From the NCBI GenBank assembly GCA_039028615.1, contig JBCCHT010000030.1:92151-156150 (forward strand): a DNA stretch of 64,000 nucleotides, in the 5' to 3' direction. The DNA comes from Myxococcota bacterium. GTDB lineage: Bacteria > Myxococcota_A > Polyangia > Nannocystales > Nannocystaceae. A program made the translations under genes and the position numbers. Every line of letters starts with the position of its first letter. The first letter of the stretch is position 1. The notes beneath the pieces were generated by a model. That model saw only the letters and a list, made by a program, of their open reading frames with translations. It was not told the origin of the DNA and made no database searches. Shown here piece by piece: positions 46,478-56,416 of this stretch.

Positions 46478-47302
46478 ATGGATCTGTCCTCCATCTCCGC
46501 CCTGCACCCGAGCCTCGACACCGAGCGCAGACTGCTCGTCTTGACCCTCGACCACGGCAAGGCCAACGAGATGGGGAGCGAGCAGCTCGAGGCCCTCGAT
46601 CGGCTGTGCGCGCTGCTCGAGAGCGAGACGTCGGTGACCTGCCTGTGCACCACCAGCCGACGCGTCTCCAAGCGCGGCACCCCGCTGTTCATCGCGGGGG
46701 CCAACGTCACCGAGCGCACGGGCTGGGACGACAAGCGGGTCAAGGCGCACGTGCTCGCCCAGCGGACGCTCATGCGACGGCTTCGCCGGCTGCCCCTGTT
46801 CAACATCGCGTTGAGCCACGGCGTCACCCTCGGCTGGGGCACCGAGTTCCTGCTGACCTGCGACTACACGCTGGCCACTCCGACCGCGAGCTTCGGATTG
46901 CCCGAGACGGGACTGGGGATTTTGCCCGGGGCCCGCGGCACGGCCGAGCTCGCGCATCGAGTCGGCCCCGCGCAGGCGCTGCGCCTCGGATGCACGGGCG
47001 AGCCGGTAAAGTCCGAAGAAGCGCTGCGCATGGGCCTGGTGCAGGAGATCGTCGACGACGTCGACGCCGGGATCTCGCGCGTGCAACAGCTCGCTGAACG
47101 ACTGTGCAAGCGATCGCCGACCGCCGTCGCCGCCTACAAGCGCGCGCTGCTCGACGGTCTGGGGCAACCGGAGGCGGTGCGGCTGGACCTGGAGCGGGCC
47201 GCCTACGAACACACCGTCGACACCGGTGAAGCGGCGATCGGCCGGGCGAGCTTTGCCGCCATCCGCAACGGCGACACCCCCGACTGGGGACCTCGCCGCT
47301 AG
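46478..47302 (+). CDS. enoyl-CoA hydratase/isomerase (crotonase) family protein
   Basis: Crotonase fold motifs: RLLVLTLDHGKANEM, oxyanion-hole region FIAGANVTE, and ALSHGVTLGWGTEFLLTCDYTLAT. Confidence 0.7.
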   Translation: MDLSSISALHPSLDTERRLLVLTLDHGKANEMGSEQLEALDRLCALLESETSVTCLCTTSRRVSKRGTPLFIAGANVTERTGWDDKRVKAHVLAQRTLMRRLRRLPLFNIALSHGVTLGWGTEFLLTCDYTLATPTASFGLPETGLGILPGARGTAELAHRVGPAQALRLGCTGEPVKSEEALRMGLVQEIVDDVDAGISRVQQLAERLCKRSPTAVAAYKRALLDGLGQPEAVRLDLERAAYEHTVDTGEAAIGRASFAAIRNGDTPDWGPRR

Positions 47303-47667
47303 CACCCAAAACCAGGCCCGCGATGCGCCTTTGGGTGCGGAGTGTGGCCTCCGACACGTTTTCCACAGGGTTTCGGCCAGCGGGTCTCCCGACCGGGGTG
47401 ATCGGCTCGGCCGCCGTGGCTCTCGATCTCTTCGAACGCCTCGATGTGACCTTGCCCGGTGGAGTTCGGCTGTAGGGCCTCGTGCGATACGGCGATCCCC
47501 CACAGGAACATCGAACGAACGCACGTAGCGCCGCGATCAGAGGCAACGAAGAACACCGTCAATGAGGCGCGACCTGGTCTACCTGCTATATTCGGATGAA
47601 ATAACCGCAACCTGAGGAACGAACTCGCGAAGGGCACCCGGTCGTTCCCCAGCACTCGTCAGCCGCC

Positions 47668-50600
47668 ATGCGGCGGTTGTCCGAGCCCGTTGCTTATGGC
47701 TACAGTCGCGGCGCGATCTCCGAAGTGCCGACGTCACTTCCCAATCGGCCTGTGAGCCCCATGACACCCCCGGACGTCAACGACGACGCCGCGCAAGCGA
47801 TGACCGAGTCCGAGGCAGATCCGCCGCGCAAGGTCCCCGAGCACATCGCGGGCCGCTACCGGGTCAAGGGCCTGTTGGGCAAGGGCGGTTTCGGTGCGGT
47901 GTACGAGGCCCACGACGACCTCGAAGATCGTGCCGTCGCGGTGAAGTTGATTCGCCGTGACATCAGCTCCGACCCGCGCCTCACTCAGGCGCACGACAGC
48001 TCGCAGCAGCAGCTCAGCCGCGCCGTGCATCGGCACGTCACGCGGAGCTTCGGGCCGCCCAGCACCCACGGCGAAGACAACGTCGCGCAGGCCTTCAAGG
48101 ACGAGTTCCGGCTGCTCACGCAGCTGCATCATCCCAACCTGGCCGGCGTCTACGACTTCGGTCGGTGCAAGAGCAGCGACAGCTTTTACTTCACCCAAGA
48201 GCTGATCGACGGCGTCGAGCTGACCGAGCTTCTGCGTACGGCCAGCCGTGAAGTGGTGGTCGAGATGTTCGTGCAGCTGGCACGCGCTCTCGACTACATC
48301 CACGCGCTGGGGCTCGTGCACGGCGACATCAAGCCGTCCAACGTGCTGGTGTGCCGCCCCGAGACCGAGGGCGCCATGCCCCAGGCCAAGCTCATCGACT
48401 TCGGCCTGGCCCGCATGCTTCGCGACCCCGAGGCCGACGCCGAAGAGCTGCCCGAGGGCGCGGGCATCACCGTGCTCGGCACCCCCGGCTTCTCGGCGCC
48501 CGAGAAGGTCAAGGGCCAGGTCACCGACGGTCGCTCCGACATCTATTCGTTGGCCGCCACCATCTACGCGGCCATGCGCGGGGGCCAAAAGCCCTTCAGC
48601 GGCAAGACCTTCAAAGAGGTCCTCCGCGCCCAGCGAGACTGGCGACCCGAGCTGGCGGGTGCCCTGCTGCAGCAAGGTGGCCCCGTGGTCGCCGAGCTCA
48701 TCGGGCGCATGCTCCAGCCCGATCCCAACCGGCGCCCTCAGAGCGCGCGCAGCATCGTGCTCGAGCTGCTTCGGCGCGAAGCGACGCACATGCGCGACCG
48801 CCAGCAGAGCGAGCGCGACCGCCGAGAGTTCGCCCGGGTCCTGGTCGAGCACCTGCCCTTCGTCAATCGGGCCCACTACCTCGAGCTGCTGCTCGACAAG
48901 GCCTCCGACATCCTCGGCAGCGCCGCGCCGTCTGCCCCCGAGCCCGCTCTGCTCGACGAAGACGGCGAGCCGATCAGCCCCGAGGAGTCCGCCTCGGCGA
49001 CCATCAACGACGGCCCGATCTTCACCGGGGAAGACCCGGCCGCCAACTCGGGCTTGATGGGCCGCGCTCGGCTCATCCGCACCGTCATCGTCAAGGCCCC
49101 CGAGGGCATGGGCAAGTCGCGGCTCATGTCCGAGCTGCGCCGCGAGGTCCAGCTCGGCGACGGGCTCTACGTCCAGGGCAGCTGCTGGGGCAACGACTCC
49201 ACCACCCTCGGCCCTTTCGCCAACATCGTCACGATGCTGGCCACCGCGCTGGGCGATCGCTCGCCCACCGTGCAGCGCTTCAAGGCGCTGATCGAGGCCG
49301 CCCGGGCTCCCAACGCACCCGGGGCCGAGACCGCCGCCCAGCAGCTGTCCGAGTTCCTGCTGGCCGCCGCCGACGAGCGCCCCTACGTGCTGCACCTGAG
49401 CGACCTGTCGCGGGCCCAAGAGCCCATGCGCATCGCCTTCGAGCAGCTGTGCCGCGCCATCGACCACAGCGGCGCGCCCATCCTGCTGTGTGCCACCACC
49501 GAGCCGCACACCAAGATCACCCCCATCCTCGGCGCGCTGGGTCGCGACCAGGTGGCCGAGATCTGGGGCCTGCGTCCCTTCACGCAGCGCGAGATGTACT
49601 CGGTGCTCCAGGGCATCCTGGGCGAGACGCCCACGCTGCGCGAGCTGGCCACCATGCTCGACAAGCTCACCGGGGGTCACCCCCTGAGCTTCCGCGAGAC
49701 GCTGCGCGTGCTCATCGAGGAAGGCATCCTCATCCGCGAGGCGGATACCTGGGTGCTCCGCGGGGCCTCGGCCGCCGCCGAAGAGCTGCACAAGACCCTC
49801 GCCCAGCGCTCCGAGTCGCGCCTCGATGGCCTCGGCGTGTCCGGCTGGGAGATCGCCAGCATCCTGTACCTGGTCGAGGCGCCGCTGCCCGAGGCGCAGC
49901 TCGGCTCGCTCTCCGACCTGCGCTCCGAACGATTCAAGCGCGCGCTCGACCGGCTCGAAGGCGAAGGCCTCGTCACCCGTAGCGCCGCCTCCGGGGCCAG
50001 CATCGTCGCTCTCGCCCACGAGTCGGTCCGCGAGGCGGTCCGCAACCGCTACTCCGACTCCCTCGACGAGACCCGCACCGACCTCGCCGAGCGCATCGAA
50101 GAGCTCGAGACCGAAGACCCGCACTACGTGTTCTTGCGGGCGCGGCTGCTCGACGACGCCACCGAGACCCTCGAGTCACTCGACGAGCTCGAGAAGGCCG
50201 CCGACAGCCTCTTCGTCGCCGACCAGCCCCAGCTCGCCGCGCAGGTGCTCGAGCGGATCATCCGCCGCCTGCGTCGCTACGGCCGCGCGCAAGGGCTGCC
50301 GCGGCTGCTCTCCGCTCAGCTCAAGCTGCTCAACCAAGCCGCGGGCGCCCTCGAAGATCCGCACCGCGAGATGAGCCACTACCAGGCCGGCATCCTGGTG
50401 GCCGAGCTCGTGGGCGACTACCGAGCCGAGGCCTTGTTCTGGCTCGGCCTCGTCGACCGCTACACCACCACCGCGGGCGACTCCGACATCGAACTGGCGC
50501 TCGAGCGCCTCGAGCACGCCTCCGAGGCGGCCGATCTCGCCCGCGACCAGGCGCTGCTGCTGCGCATCCACAACCGTCGGGCCGAGGTCCTCGCCTCCAC

Positions 50601-51417
50601 CGGTGAGATCGAAAAGGCCAACCAGTGGAGCCGCAAGGCCATGGCCATCCTCGACGTCGACGACGCGAGCATGGTCGACAAGTGCCACATCATGGGTGTG
50701 CGTCTGCGCTGCCTGTCGCTGTCCGGCCAGCTCGGCGAAGCACGACGACTCCACGAGCTGGCCAAGCCCATCGCTGCGGGTGTCCCCGTGGTGCAGCGGC
50801 AGAGCTACCTCTCCGGCATCGCCTACCTGGCCGTGCTCGGCGGTGACCCGGAGCGAGCCGTCCCCGAGACGGAGCAGGCGCTCGAAGAGCTGCACGCCGC
50901 TCGCCTGCCGCGGCTGATGATGACGCCGCTGCACAACCTCGGCGACCTGCGGCTGCGCAACGATGACCTCGCCCTCGCCGAGGACGCGTTCCGCGAGGCC
51001 ATCCGGCTCGCCAGCGTCTACGGCGTCGACTATCAGTACCACCTCAACCGCGGCTTCCTGGGCTACGCCATGGCACGCCGCGGCGACGTGGAAGAGGGCG
51101 CCAGCCTGCTCGGCGAAGCCAAGCGAGGCATGATGCAGATCCAGGGTGAGCACCTCGCGGTCCAGCAGCTCCGACTGCTCGACGCCGAGGTCGCCCACAT
51201 GCTGGGGCAAAGCGCACGGGCCCGGCGCGAGCTCGAAGAGATGCTCGCCGACTTCCATGCCGCCAACGAATTGAGCCTGGCCCATTGGGCTCAAGAAGCG
51301 CTGGCTCGCATCGAACGAGATCTCGGTACCGCCTTCATCGAGACCCCGGACGCGGCCGAGACGGGCGATACCGATCCCGAACAAGACACCGTTCGGACCA
51401 AACCGGTCAAGGGCTGA
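47668..51417 (+). CDS. large Ser/Thr protein kinase with central P-loop NTPase (AAA/NACHT-like) domain and C-terminal TPR-like region
   Basis: Kinase GKGGFGAVYEAHD, AVKLI, HGDIKPSNVLV, DFGLAR, GTPGFSAPE. P-loop IVKAPEGMGKSRLMSEL and Walker B-like YVLHLSDL. Long helical repeat C-terminus. An alternative start MTPPDV lies at ~47761. Confidence 0.85.
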   Translation: MRRLSEPVAYGYSRGAISEVPTSLPNRPVSPMTPPDVNDDAAQAMTESEADPPRKVPEHIAGRYRVKGLLGKGGFGAVYEAHDDLEDRAVAVKLIRRDISSDPRLTQAHDSSQQQLSRAVHRHVTRSFGPPSTHGEDNVAQAFKDEFRLLTQLHHPNLAGVYDFGRCKSSDSFYFTQELIDGVELTELLRTASREVVVEMFVQLARALDYIHALGLVHGDIKPSNVLVCRPETEGAMPQAKLIDFGLARMLRDPEADAEELPEGAGITVLGTPGFSAPEKVKGQVTDGRSDIYSLAATIYAAMRGGQKPFSGKTFKEVLRAQRDWRPELAGALLQQGGPVVAELIGRMLQPDPNRRPQSARSIVLELLRREATHMRDRQQSERDRREFARVLVEHLPFVNRAHYLELLLDKASDILGSAAPSAPEPALLDEDGEPISPEESASATINDGPIFTGEDPAANSGLMGRARLIRTVIVKAPEGMGKSRLMSELRREVQLGDGLYVQGSCWGNDSTTLGPFANIVTMLATALGDRSPTVQRFKALIEAARAPNAPGAETAAQQLSEFLLAAADERPYVLHLSDLSRAQEPMRIAFEQLCRAIDHSGAPILLCATTEPHTKITPILGALGRDQVAEIWGLRPFTQREMYSVLQGILGETPTLRELATMLDKLTGGHPLSFRETLRVLIEEGILIREADTWVLRGASAAAEELHKTLAQRSESRLDGLGVSGWEIASILYLVEAPLPEAQLGSLSDLRSERFKRALDRLEGEGLVTRSAASGASIVALAHESVREAVRNRYSDSLDETRTDLAERIEELETEDPHYVFLRARLLDDATETLESLDELEKAADSLFVADQPQLAAQVLERIIRRLRRYGRAQGLPRLLSAQLKLLNQAAGALEDPHREMSHYQAGILVAELVGDYRAEALFWLGLVDRYTTTAGDSDIELALERLEHASEAADLARDQALLLRIHNRRAEVLASTGEIEKANQWSRKAMAILDVDDASMVDKCHIMGVRLRCLSLSGQLGEARRLHELAKPIAAGVPVVQRQSYLSGIAYLAVLGGDPERAVPETEQALEELHAARLPRLMMTPLHNLGDLRLRNDDLALAEDAFREAIRLASVYGVDYQYHLNRGFLGYAMARRGDVEEGASLLGEAKRGMMQIQGEHLAVQQLRLLDAEVAHMLGQSARARRELEEMLADFHAANELSLAHWAQEALARIERDLGTAFIETPDAAETGDTDPEQDTVRTKPVKG

Positions 51418-51576
51418 GCTTCGTCACCCCTCAATCGAGGGGTTCATCAGCGCGGCCGGGCCCTCGCTAGCGCCCCGTGCGCAAAGACTCACGCCGACTG
51501 GACGCTCTTCTTGGCCGGTCATCGTCGTAGGCCAAGGCACGACGGCAGCGCAGTTGCTATCCTCGGCTCGCCGCCC

Positions 51577-53730
51577 ATGAGCGAGGTTCTCGACAGCCTG
51601 CATCCCAAGTTGCGGGATCTGCCGGGTTCGACCATCGTCGGTCGGTACCGTGTCGACTCGATCCTTGGCGTGGGTGGCATGGGAGCCGTCTTCCGTGGTC
51701 GGCACCTCGGTCTCGAGCGCGACGTCGCGATCAAGGTGCTCCACCCCGAGCTGACCCGCGACCCCGAAATTTCCAAGCGCTTCGATCGCGAGGCCCACTC
51801 GGCCTCGCGCCTCGATCATCCCAACTGCCTTCGCGTCACCGACGTGGGCAGCTCGGACGACGGGGTGAAGTTCATGGTCATGGACCTGCTCGACGGAGAG
51901 GAGCTTGCCGATCGACTCGGTAAACCCCTCACGCCCGAGCGAGCGGTCCTGCTCGTCCTCCAGGTCCTGCGCGGCCTCGAGCACGCCCACGAAAACGGCG
52001 TCATCCACCGCGACATCAAGCCGGAGAACATCTTCGCCACGCGCGACCACGAGGGCCGCGAGGTGCTCAAGCTCGTCGACTTCGGCATCGCCAAGCTCCT
52101 GGGCGGCAGCGCCGACGACCGCATGACCAAGGCGGGGCTCATCTTCGGCACGCCCGCCTATATGAGCCCCGAGCAGGCCATGGGCATGGAGGCCGACGCT
52201 CGGGCCGACCTGTACTCGGTGGGCGTCATCCTCTACGAGATGCTCGTGGGGCAGCCGCCCTTCGCCAACGAAGACCCGGTCAAGCTGGTGCGCATGCAGG
52301 TCAGCAAAGACCCGCCGCCGCTGCCCGACACCCTCGCGCCCGCTCTGGTCGCGGTCACCATGAAGCTGCTCGCCAAGGATCGAGACGAGCGCTTCCAAAA
52401 CGCCACCGAGAGCCGCGAAGCCCTCGAGCTCGTGCTGCCGGCCGTGGCGTCCGCCGAGGTCATCAGCGGGGCCACCATTCTCGGCTCCTCGACCTCGGGC
52501 CCGATCCTCATCAACCGCACCAACTCGGGCCCGCTCCCCCTCGCTGCCGACACCAGCGACTCCAGCGTGCCCTACCTGCGGCCGCCCGAGAGCTCGACCA
52601 CCTTCTCGCCCTCGGCCCTGCCCACCCTGCCGCCGCAAGGCACCACGCTCCGGGGCAAGCGCAGCAACAAGCGCCCGATGATCATCGCCGGCGTCATCGT
52701 GGCCGTCGCGGGCATCTGGGTACTCAGCTCCGGCGGTGACGAGACCGAGGGCAAGGGCGACGACCCCGTCTCCACCGCACAAAAAGAAAACCCCGCCGAC
52801 TCGTCTCCGGCCGTGGCGGGCGGCGAAGGGGCAACGCCCGCGGGGGCCGACCACGGCTACGACGACGACCCGCGCCTCGCCGAGGTCGACGGCCTGACCT
52901 TCCGCAACCGGCTCGACGACGCCCAGACCCTGCTGCAGCCGATGCTCGACGAAGACCCCGACAGCGCCGTGCTGGCGTGGCGTCAGGGTCGGATCCTCGC
53001 CAAGCGCAAGCGTCGAAAGCACCACTCCCGCGCCCTGGCCTCCTACGGCGACGCGCTCGATGCCAACCCCGCGCTGCTCGAAGACCACGACTTCTACGCC
53101 GAGCTGCTCGCGCTGCTGAGCAACACCAACCTGCGCAGCGAGGCCCTCGACTTCGCCCTGCGCAAGATGGGCCAGCGCGGCCACAAGTTCCTGCTCGAGC
53201 TCGTCAACGACGAGAAGAACCCCATGGGGTACAGCGACCGTCGTCGGGCCCTGCAAGAGCTGTCCACGGTCGAAGACAACGGCGCGCTGGTCAACTGGCG
53301 GCTGCACCGAGCGCTCGACCTGTTGCAGGCCACCAAGGCGCTCGCCCCCTGCAAGGCCTACCGCAGCGCGCTCGACGAGATCGCCGAGTCGCCGGACTAC
53401 TGGTACCTCACCCGCGTGCAGCGGGCCTCCTTGCCCAAGGCCAAGGTCGGGCCCGAGCTCACCGACGAAGAGCTCGCCGACGCCGAGCAGTGCGAAGGCA
53501 TCGAAGAGTACCGGGACGAGGTCATGGAGCTGCTCGCGGCGCTCGATCCCGAGGGCGACTCCGATGGCGACCTGGTGATCATCGACGACGAGGACGAAGA
53601 AGAGTCCTCCGACAACGGTGGCGGCGGCGGCAGCTCGGCCAAGCCGAAGAAGAAGTCGGGCAGCGGTCGTTCGAAGCGACCCGCCGAGTGCAACCGCCCC
53701 TTCGGCTTCATGAAAAAGCAGTGTCAGTAG
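51577..53730 (+). CDS. Ser/Thr protein kinase with TM segment and C-terminal extracytoplasmic/helical domain
   Basis: LGVGGMGAVFRGRH, AIKVL, HRDIKPENIF, DFGIAKLL, GTPAYMSPEQ. TM IIAGVIVAVAGIWVL. Acidic C-terminal region. Confidence 0.85.
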   Translation: MSEVLDSLHPKLRDLPGSTIVGRYRVDSILGVGGMGAVFRGRHLGLERDVAIKVLHPELTRDPEISKRFDREAHSASRLDHPNCLRVTDVGSSDDGVKFMVMDLLDGEELADRLGKPLTPERAVLLVLQVLRGLEHAHENGVIHRDIKPENIFATRDHEGREVLKLVDFGIAKLLGGSADDRMTKAGLIFGTPAYMSPEQAMGMEADARADLYSVGVILYEMLVGQPPFANEDPVKLVRMQVSKDPPPLPDTLAPALVAVTMKLLAKDRDERFQNATESREALELVLPAVASAEVISGATILGSSTSGPILINRTNSGPLPLAADTSDSSVPYLRPPESSTTFSPSALPTLPPQGTTLRGKRSNKRPMIIAGVIVAVAGIWVLSSGGDETEGKGDDPVSTAQKENPADSSPAVAGGEGATPAGADHGYDDDPRLAEVDGLTFRNRLDDAQTLLQPMLDEDPDSAVLAWRQGRILAKRKRRKHHSRALASYGDALDANPALLEDHDFYAELLALLSNTNLRSEALDFALRKMGQRGHKFLLELVNDEKNPMGYSDRRRALQELSTVEDNGALVNWRLHRALDLLQATKALAPCKAYRSALDEIAESPDYWYLTRVQRASLPKAKVGPELTDEELADAEQCEGIEEYRDEVMELLAALDPEGDSDGDLVIIDDEDEEESSDNGGGGGSSAKPKKKSGSGRSKRPAECNRPFGFMKKQCQ

Positions 53731-54326
53731 TGCCGGGTCCGCTGGTCCTGGGGTCTACGTCGAAGGCTCGGCGGGAGCTGCTGCGTCGGCTCGAGGTGGA
53801 GTTCGACGCGGCCTCGCCTCGCTTCGACGAAGAGGCGCACCGCGATCGCTTCGACGAGATGACCGATGCCGCGTTCGCGTTGATGCTGGCGAAGGGCAAG
53901 GCACAGAGCCTCGCCGCGGAGTTTTCCGATCGGTGGATCTTGGCCGCGGACCAGGTCGCCGTGCTGCCCGGGCCACCGCGACGACGACTCGACAAGCCGG
54001 GCACCGAAGAGGTCGCCGTCGAGCACCTGATGCAGCTCAGCGGCACGATGCACGTGCTCACCACGGGTGTCGTGCTCACGCACCCCGGCCGGGGCGAGAC
54101 CCTCGAGGCGGTGGACGAGCAGCGCCTCACGCTGCGGAGCTTCGACCGAGCCGAGGCCAAGGCGTACGTGCGTCGCTACCAACCGCTCGAGTGCGCGGGC
54201 AGCTACCGGATCGAGGACGCGGGCATCAAGCTCTTCGAGCGGATCGAGGGCTCGGACTACACGGGGATCATCGGGCTGCCGCTGCTGGCGGTGGGGCGAT
54301 TGCTGCGAACCGTGGGCGTGCTCTGA
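53730..54326 (+). CDS. maf: Maf-like nucleoside triphosphate pyrophosphatase (septum formation protein Maf family)
   Basis: LVLGSTSKARRELLRRL (compare Maf LILASxSPRRxELL). GTG start overlaps the STK stop (TAGTG). ~198 aa. Confidence 0.7.
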   Translation: MPGPLVLGSTSKARRELLRRLEVEFDAASPRFDEEAHRDRFDEMTDAAFALMLAKGKAQSLAAEFSDRWILAADQVAVLPGPPRRRLDKPGTEEVAVEHLMQLSGTMHVLTTGVVLTHPGRGETLEAVDEQRLTLRSFDRAEAKAYVRRYQPLECAGSYRIEDAGIKLFERIEGSDYTGIIGLPLLAVGRLLRTVGVL

Positions 54327-54771
54327 CGGCGATCAGGCCACGATGACCTGAGTGCCTGCGACATAGTCGTGCCCGTAGCGTCGGCCCGGAAGCCACACGG
54401 GAAACGCAAAGGTCTTCTGTACGCCGCGACCGTCGGACCTCTGACGAAGAAAATCGAAGACGTGGGTTGTCGGCCGGTTCGCATGACGGGCGGAGGCGCG
54501 AGCGCTACGATGAGATCGTGGAACGAATGGTGGCGCTGGGGCTCGTAGGGCTGGTCGGCTGTGGGCCTCAGGTGGCGGGCGTTGGCGATGGAAGCACGGG
54601 TTCGGAGGCCTCCCCGTCCTCGTCTTCGACGCTGCGCCGTCGAGTCGATCTGCGACCCCGACTACGAACCCGCGGCCCGCTACATCGGCGGCCTCTATTC
54701 CAACTACTGAGGCCTCCGAGACGACGACCGTTTCCGAAACCGCGGCTTCGTGTGAGCATCGGACCAGCACG

Positions 54772-55197
54772 ATGGCGACGAAGAAAAAAGCAGCGGTGAA
54801 GCTCTTGTCCGGCGGCAACCCGCAGATCGCCAAAGGCGATGGTGACGCTCCGGTCCAGGCCTACATCGAAGCCATGCCGGGCTGGAAGAGCGAGGTCGGC
54901 CGTCGCCTCGATGCCCTCGTCGAGACCACCATCCCCAAGGTCCAAAAAGCCGTCCGCTACAACTCTCCGTTCTACGGAATCGAAGGCCAGGGATGGTTCC
55001 TGTCGTACCGCTGCTTCACGAAGTACCTGAAGCTGACCTGGCTCAACGGCGGCGCCCTGCGGCCCGCTCCGCCCATCGAGGCCAAGCAAGCCAACGTCCG
55101 CTACTTCCACATCAACGAGGACGACGACCTCGACGAGGCCCAGCTCGGGGAGTGGATCCGCCAGGCCGCAACGCTGCCCGGCGAAGAACTGTTCTGA
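54772..55197 (+). CDS. DUF1801 (YdhG-like) domain protein
   Basis: 141 aa; KVQKAVRYNSPFYGIEGQGWFLSYRCFTKYLKLTW is typical of DUF1801. Confidence 0.55.
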   Translation: MATKKKAAVKLLSGGNPQIAKGDGDAPVQAYIEAMPGWKSEVGRRLDALVETTIPKVQKAVRYNSPFYGIEGQGWFLSYRCFTKYLKLTWLNGGALRPAPPIEAKQANVRYFHINEDDDLDEAQLGEWIRQAATLPGEELF

Positions 55198-55221
55198 AGG
55201 TCGGCGAAGCGCGCAGGACGT

Positions 55222-56211
55222 TCAGCCCTTGGCGGACGCGACGTTCAGCACGACCTTGCCGTAGCTCTGCCGGTTGGCCAGGGCATCGAGCGCGTCGGGC
55301 AGCTGCGGCAGCGTGAAGTCGCCGTAGGTGGTGGGGCTGATCTTCCCCGACTCGTACAGCTCGCTGAGGATCCCGTGCGTCTTCACGATCTCCTGCGGCG
55401 CCTGCAGTCGATAGCTGCCCCAGTGCAAGCCGACGATGGCGATGTTCTTGAGCAACACCCGGTTGAGCTTGATCTCGGGGATCCGCCCGCCTGCGAAGCC
55501 GACCACGATCAGCCGACCGCACCAGGCGATGCACTTGGTGCTGCGATCGAACACGTCGCCGCCCACCGGGTCGTAGATGACGTCGGCGCCGCGCCCCTTG
55601 GTCAGCGACTTCACGGCGGGCACGAAGTCGTCCTCGCGGTAGTTGATGACGTGATCGGCCCCCGCCTTGGTGCAGACCTCGAGCTTCTCGGCCGAGCCCG
55701 CCGTCGCGATGACGGTGGCCCCCATCGCCTTGCCGAGCTGGATCGCGGCCAGGCCACATCCCCCCGCGCCCCCGTGCACGAGCAGCGTCTCGCCCTCGGC
55801 CAGCTGCGCCCGGTGGTTCAAGCCGAAGTACGAGGTCTGGTAGTTGATGAACAGCCCCGCCGCCTGGGCGTCGCTCATGCCCTTGGGAATGCTCAGGCAC
55901 CCCACGTCGGGCACGACCATGCGCTCGGCGAAGGCCCCCTTCATGTTGCTGGCGATCACCCGATCGCCCACCGACAAGCGGCTCCCCTCGCCGACCGCGA
56001 CCACGGTGCCCGCCGCCTCGGTCCCCGGCGTGAACGGAGGCGGAATCTTCACCTGGTACTGGCCGGCGATGGAGAGGATGTCGAAGAAGTTCAGACCCGC
56101 CGCCGCGATCTCGACCACCACGCCTCCCTTGGGCGCAGTGGGCTCCGGCTGCTCTTGCAGCTCGAGGGTCTCGCGGTAGGCACCGTACTCCAGGGCACGC
56201 CAGGCAAGCAT
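55222..56211 (-). CDS. NADPH:quinone oxidoreductase / zinc-type alcohol dehydrogenase superfamily
   Basis: MDR fold with Rossmann motif LVHGGAGGCGLAAIQLGKAMGATVIATAGS. Start at MLAWRALEY; the upstream track extension is Arg-rich. Confidence 0.75.
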   Translation of the reverse strand: MLAWRALEYGAYRETLELQEQPEPTAPKGGVVVEIAAAGLNFFDILSIAGQYQVKIPPPFTPGTEAAGTVVAVGEGSRLSVGDRVIASNMKGAFAERMVVPDVGCLSIPKGMSDAQAAGLFINYQTSYFGLNHRAQLAEGETLLVHGGAGGCGLAAIQLGKAMGATVIATAGSAEKLEVCTKAGADHVINYREDDFVPAVKSLTKGRGADVIYDPVGGDVFDRSTKCIAWCGRLIVVGFAGGRIPEIKLNRVLLKNIAIVGLHWGSYRLQAPQEIVKTHGILSELYESGKISPTTYGDFTLPQLPDALDALANRQSYGKVVLNVASAKG

Positions 56212-56416
56212 CGGCGGGAGTCTACGATGCGCACGGCGAAGCGGCACTCCGAGTGTGCCCTCCGGTCGCGATGCCGCACAAGTGCGCCGTGAGGGCGAAT
56301 ATTCGCGGCGCGAGCATAGGACGGCGCTCGACCGCCGAATGTGCGAAGGGGAAGGCACACCACTGTGAACCTTCCCCCGCACACCGGGCCCGATGGGCCC
56401 GGCCCAAACGTCGGCG

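Noticed and set aside
47303-47667. Possible tRNA or other ncRNA in the largest intergenic gaps
   Set aside because: Gaps scanned: 47303-47667, 29561-30005, 54327-54771. No T-loop-like GGTTCGAATCC, no cloverleaf-compatible inverted repeats, and no conserved riboswitch motifs recognised by eye.
54467-54799. 110-aa ORF as a real small gene
   Set aside because: After a lipoprotein-like start the translation becomes Arg/Pro-rich nonsense. It is reported only as a possible frameshift remnant.
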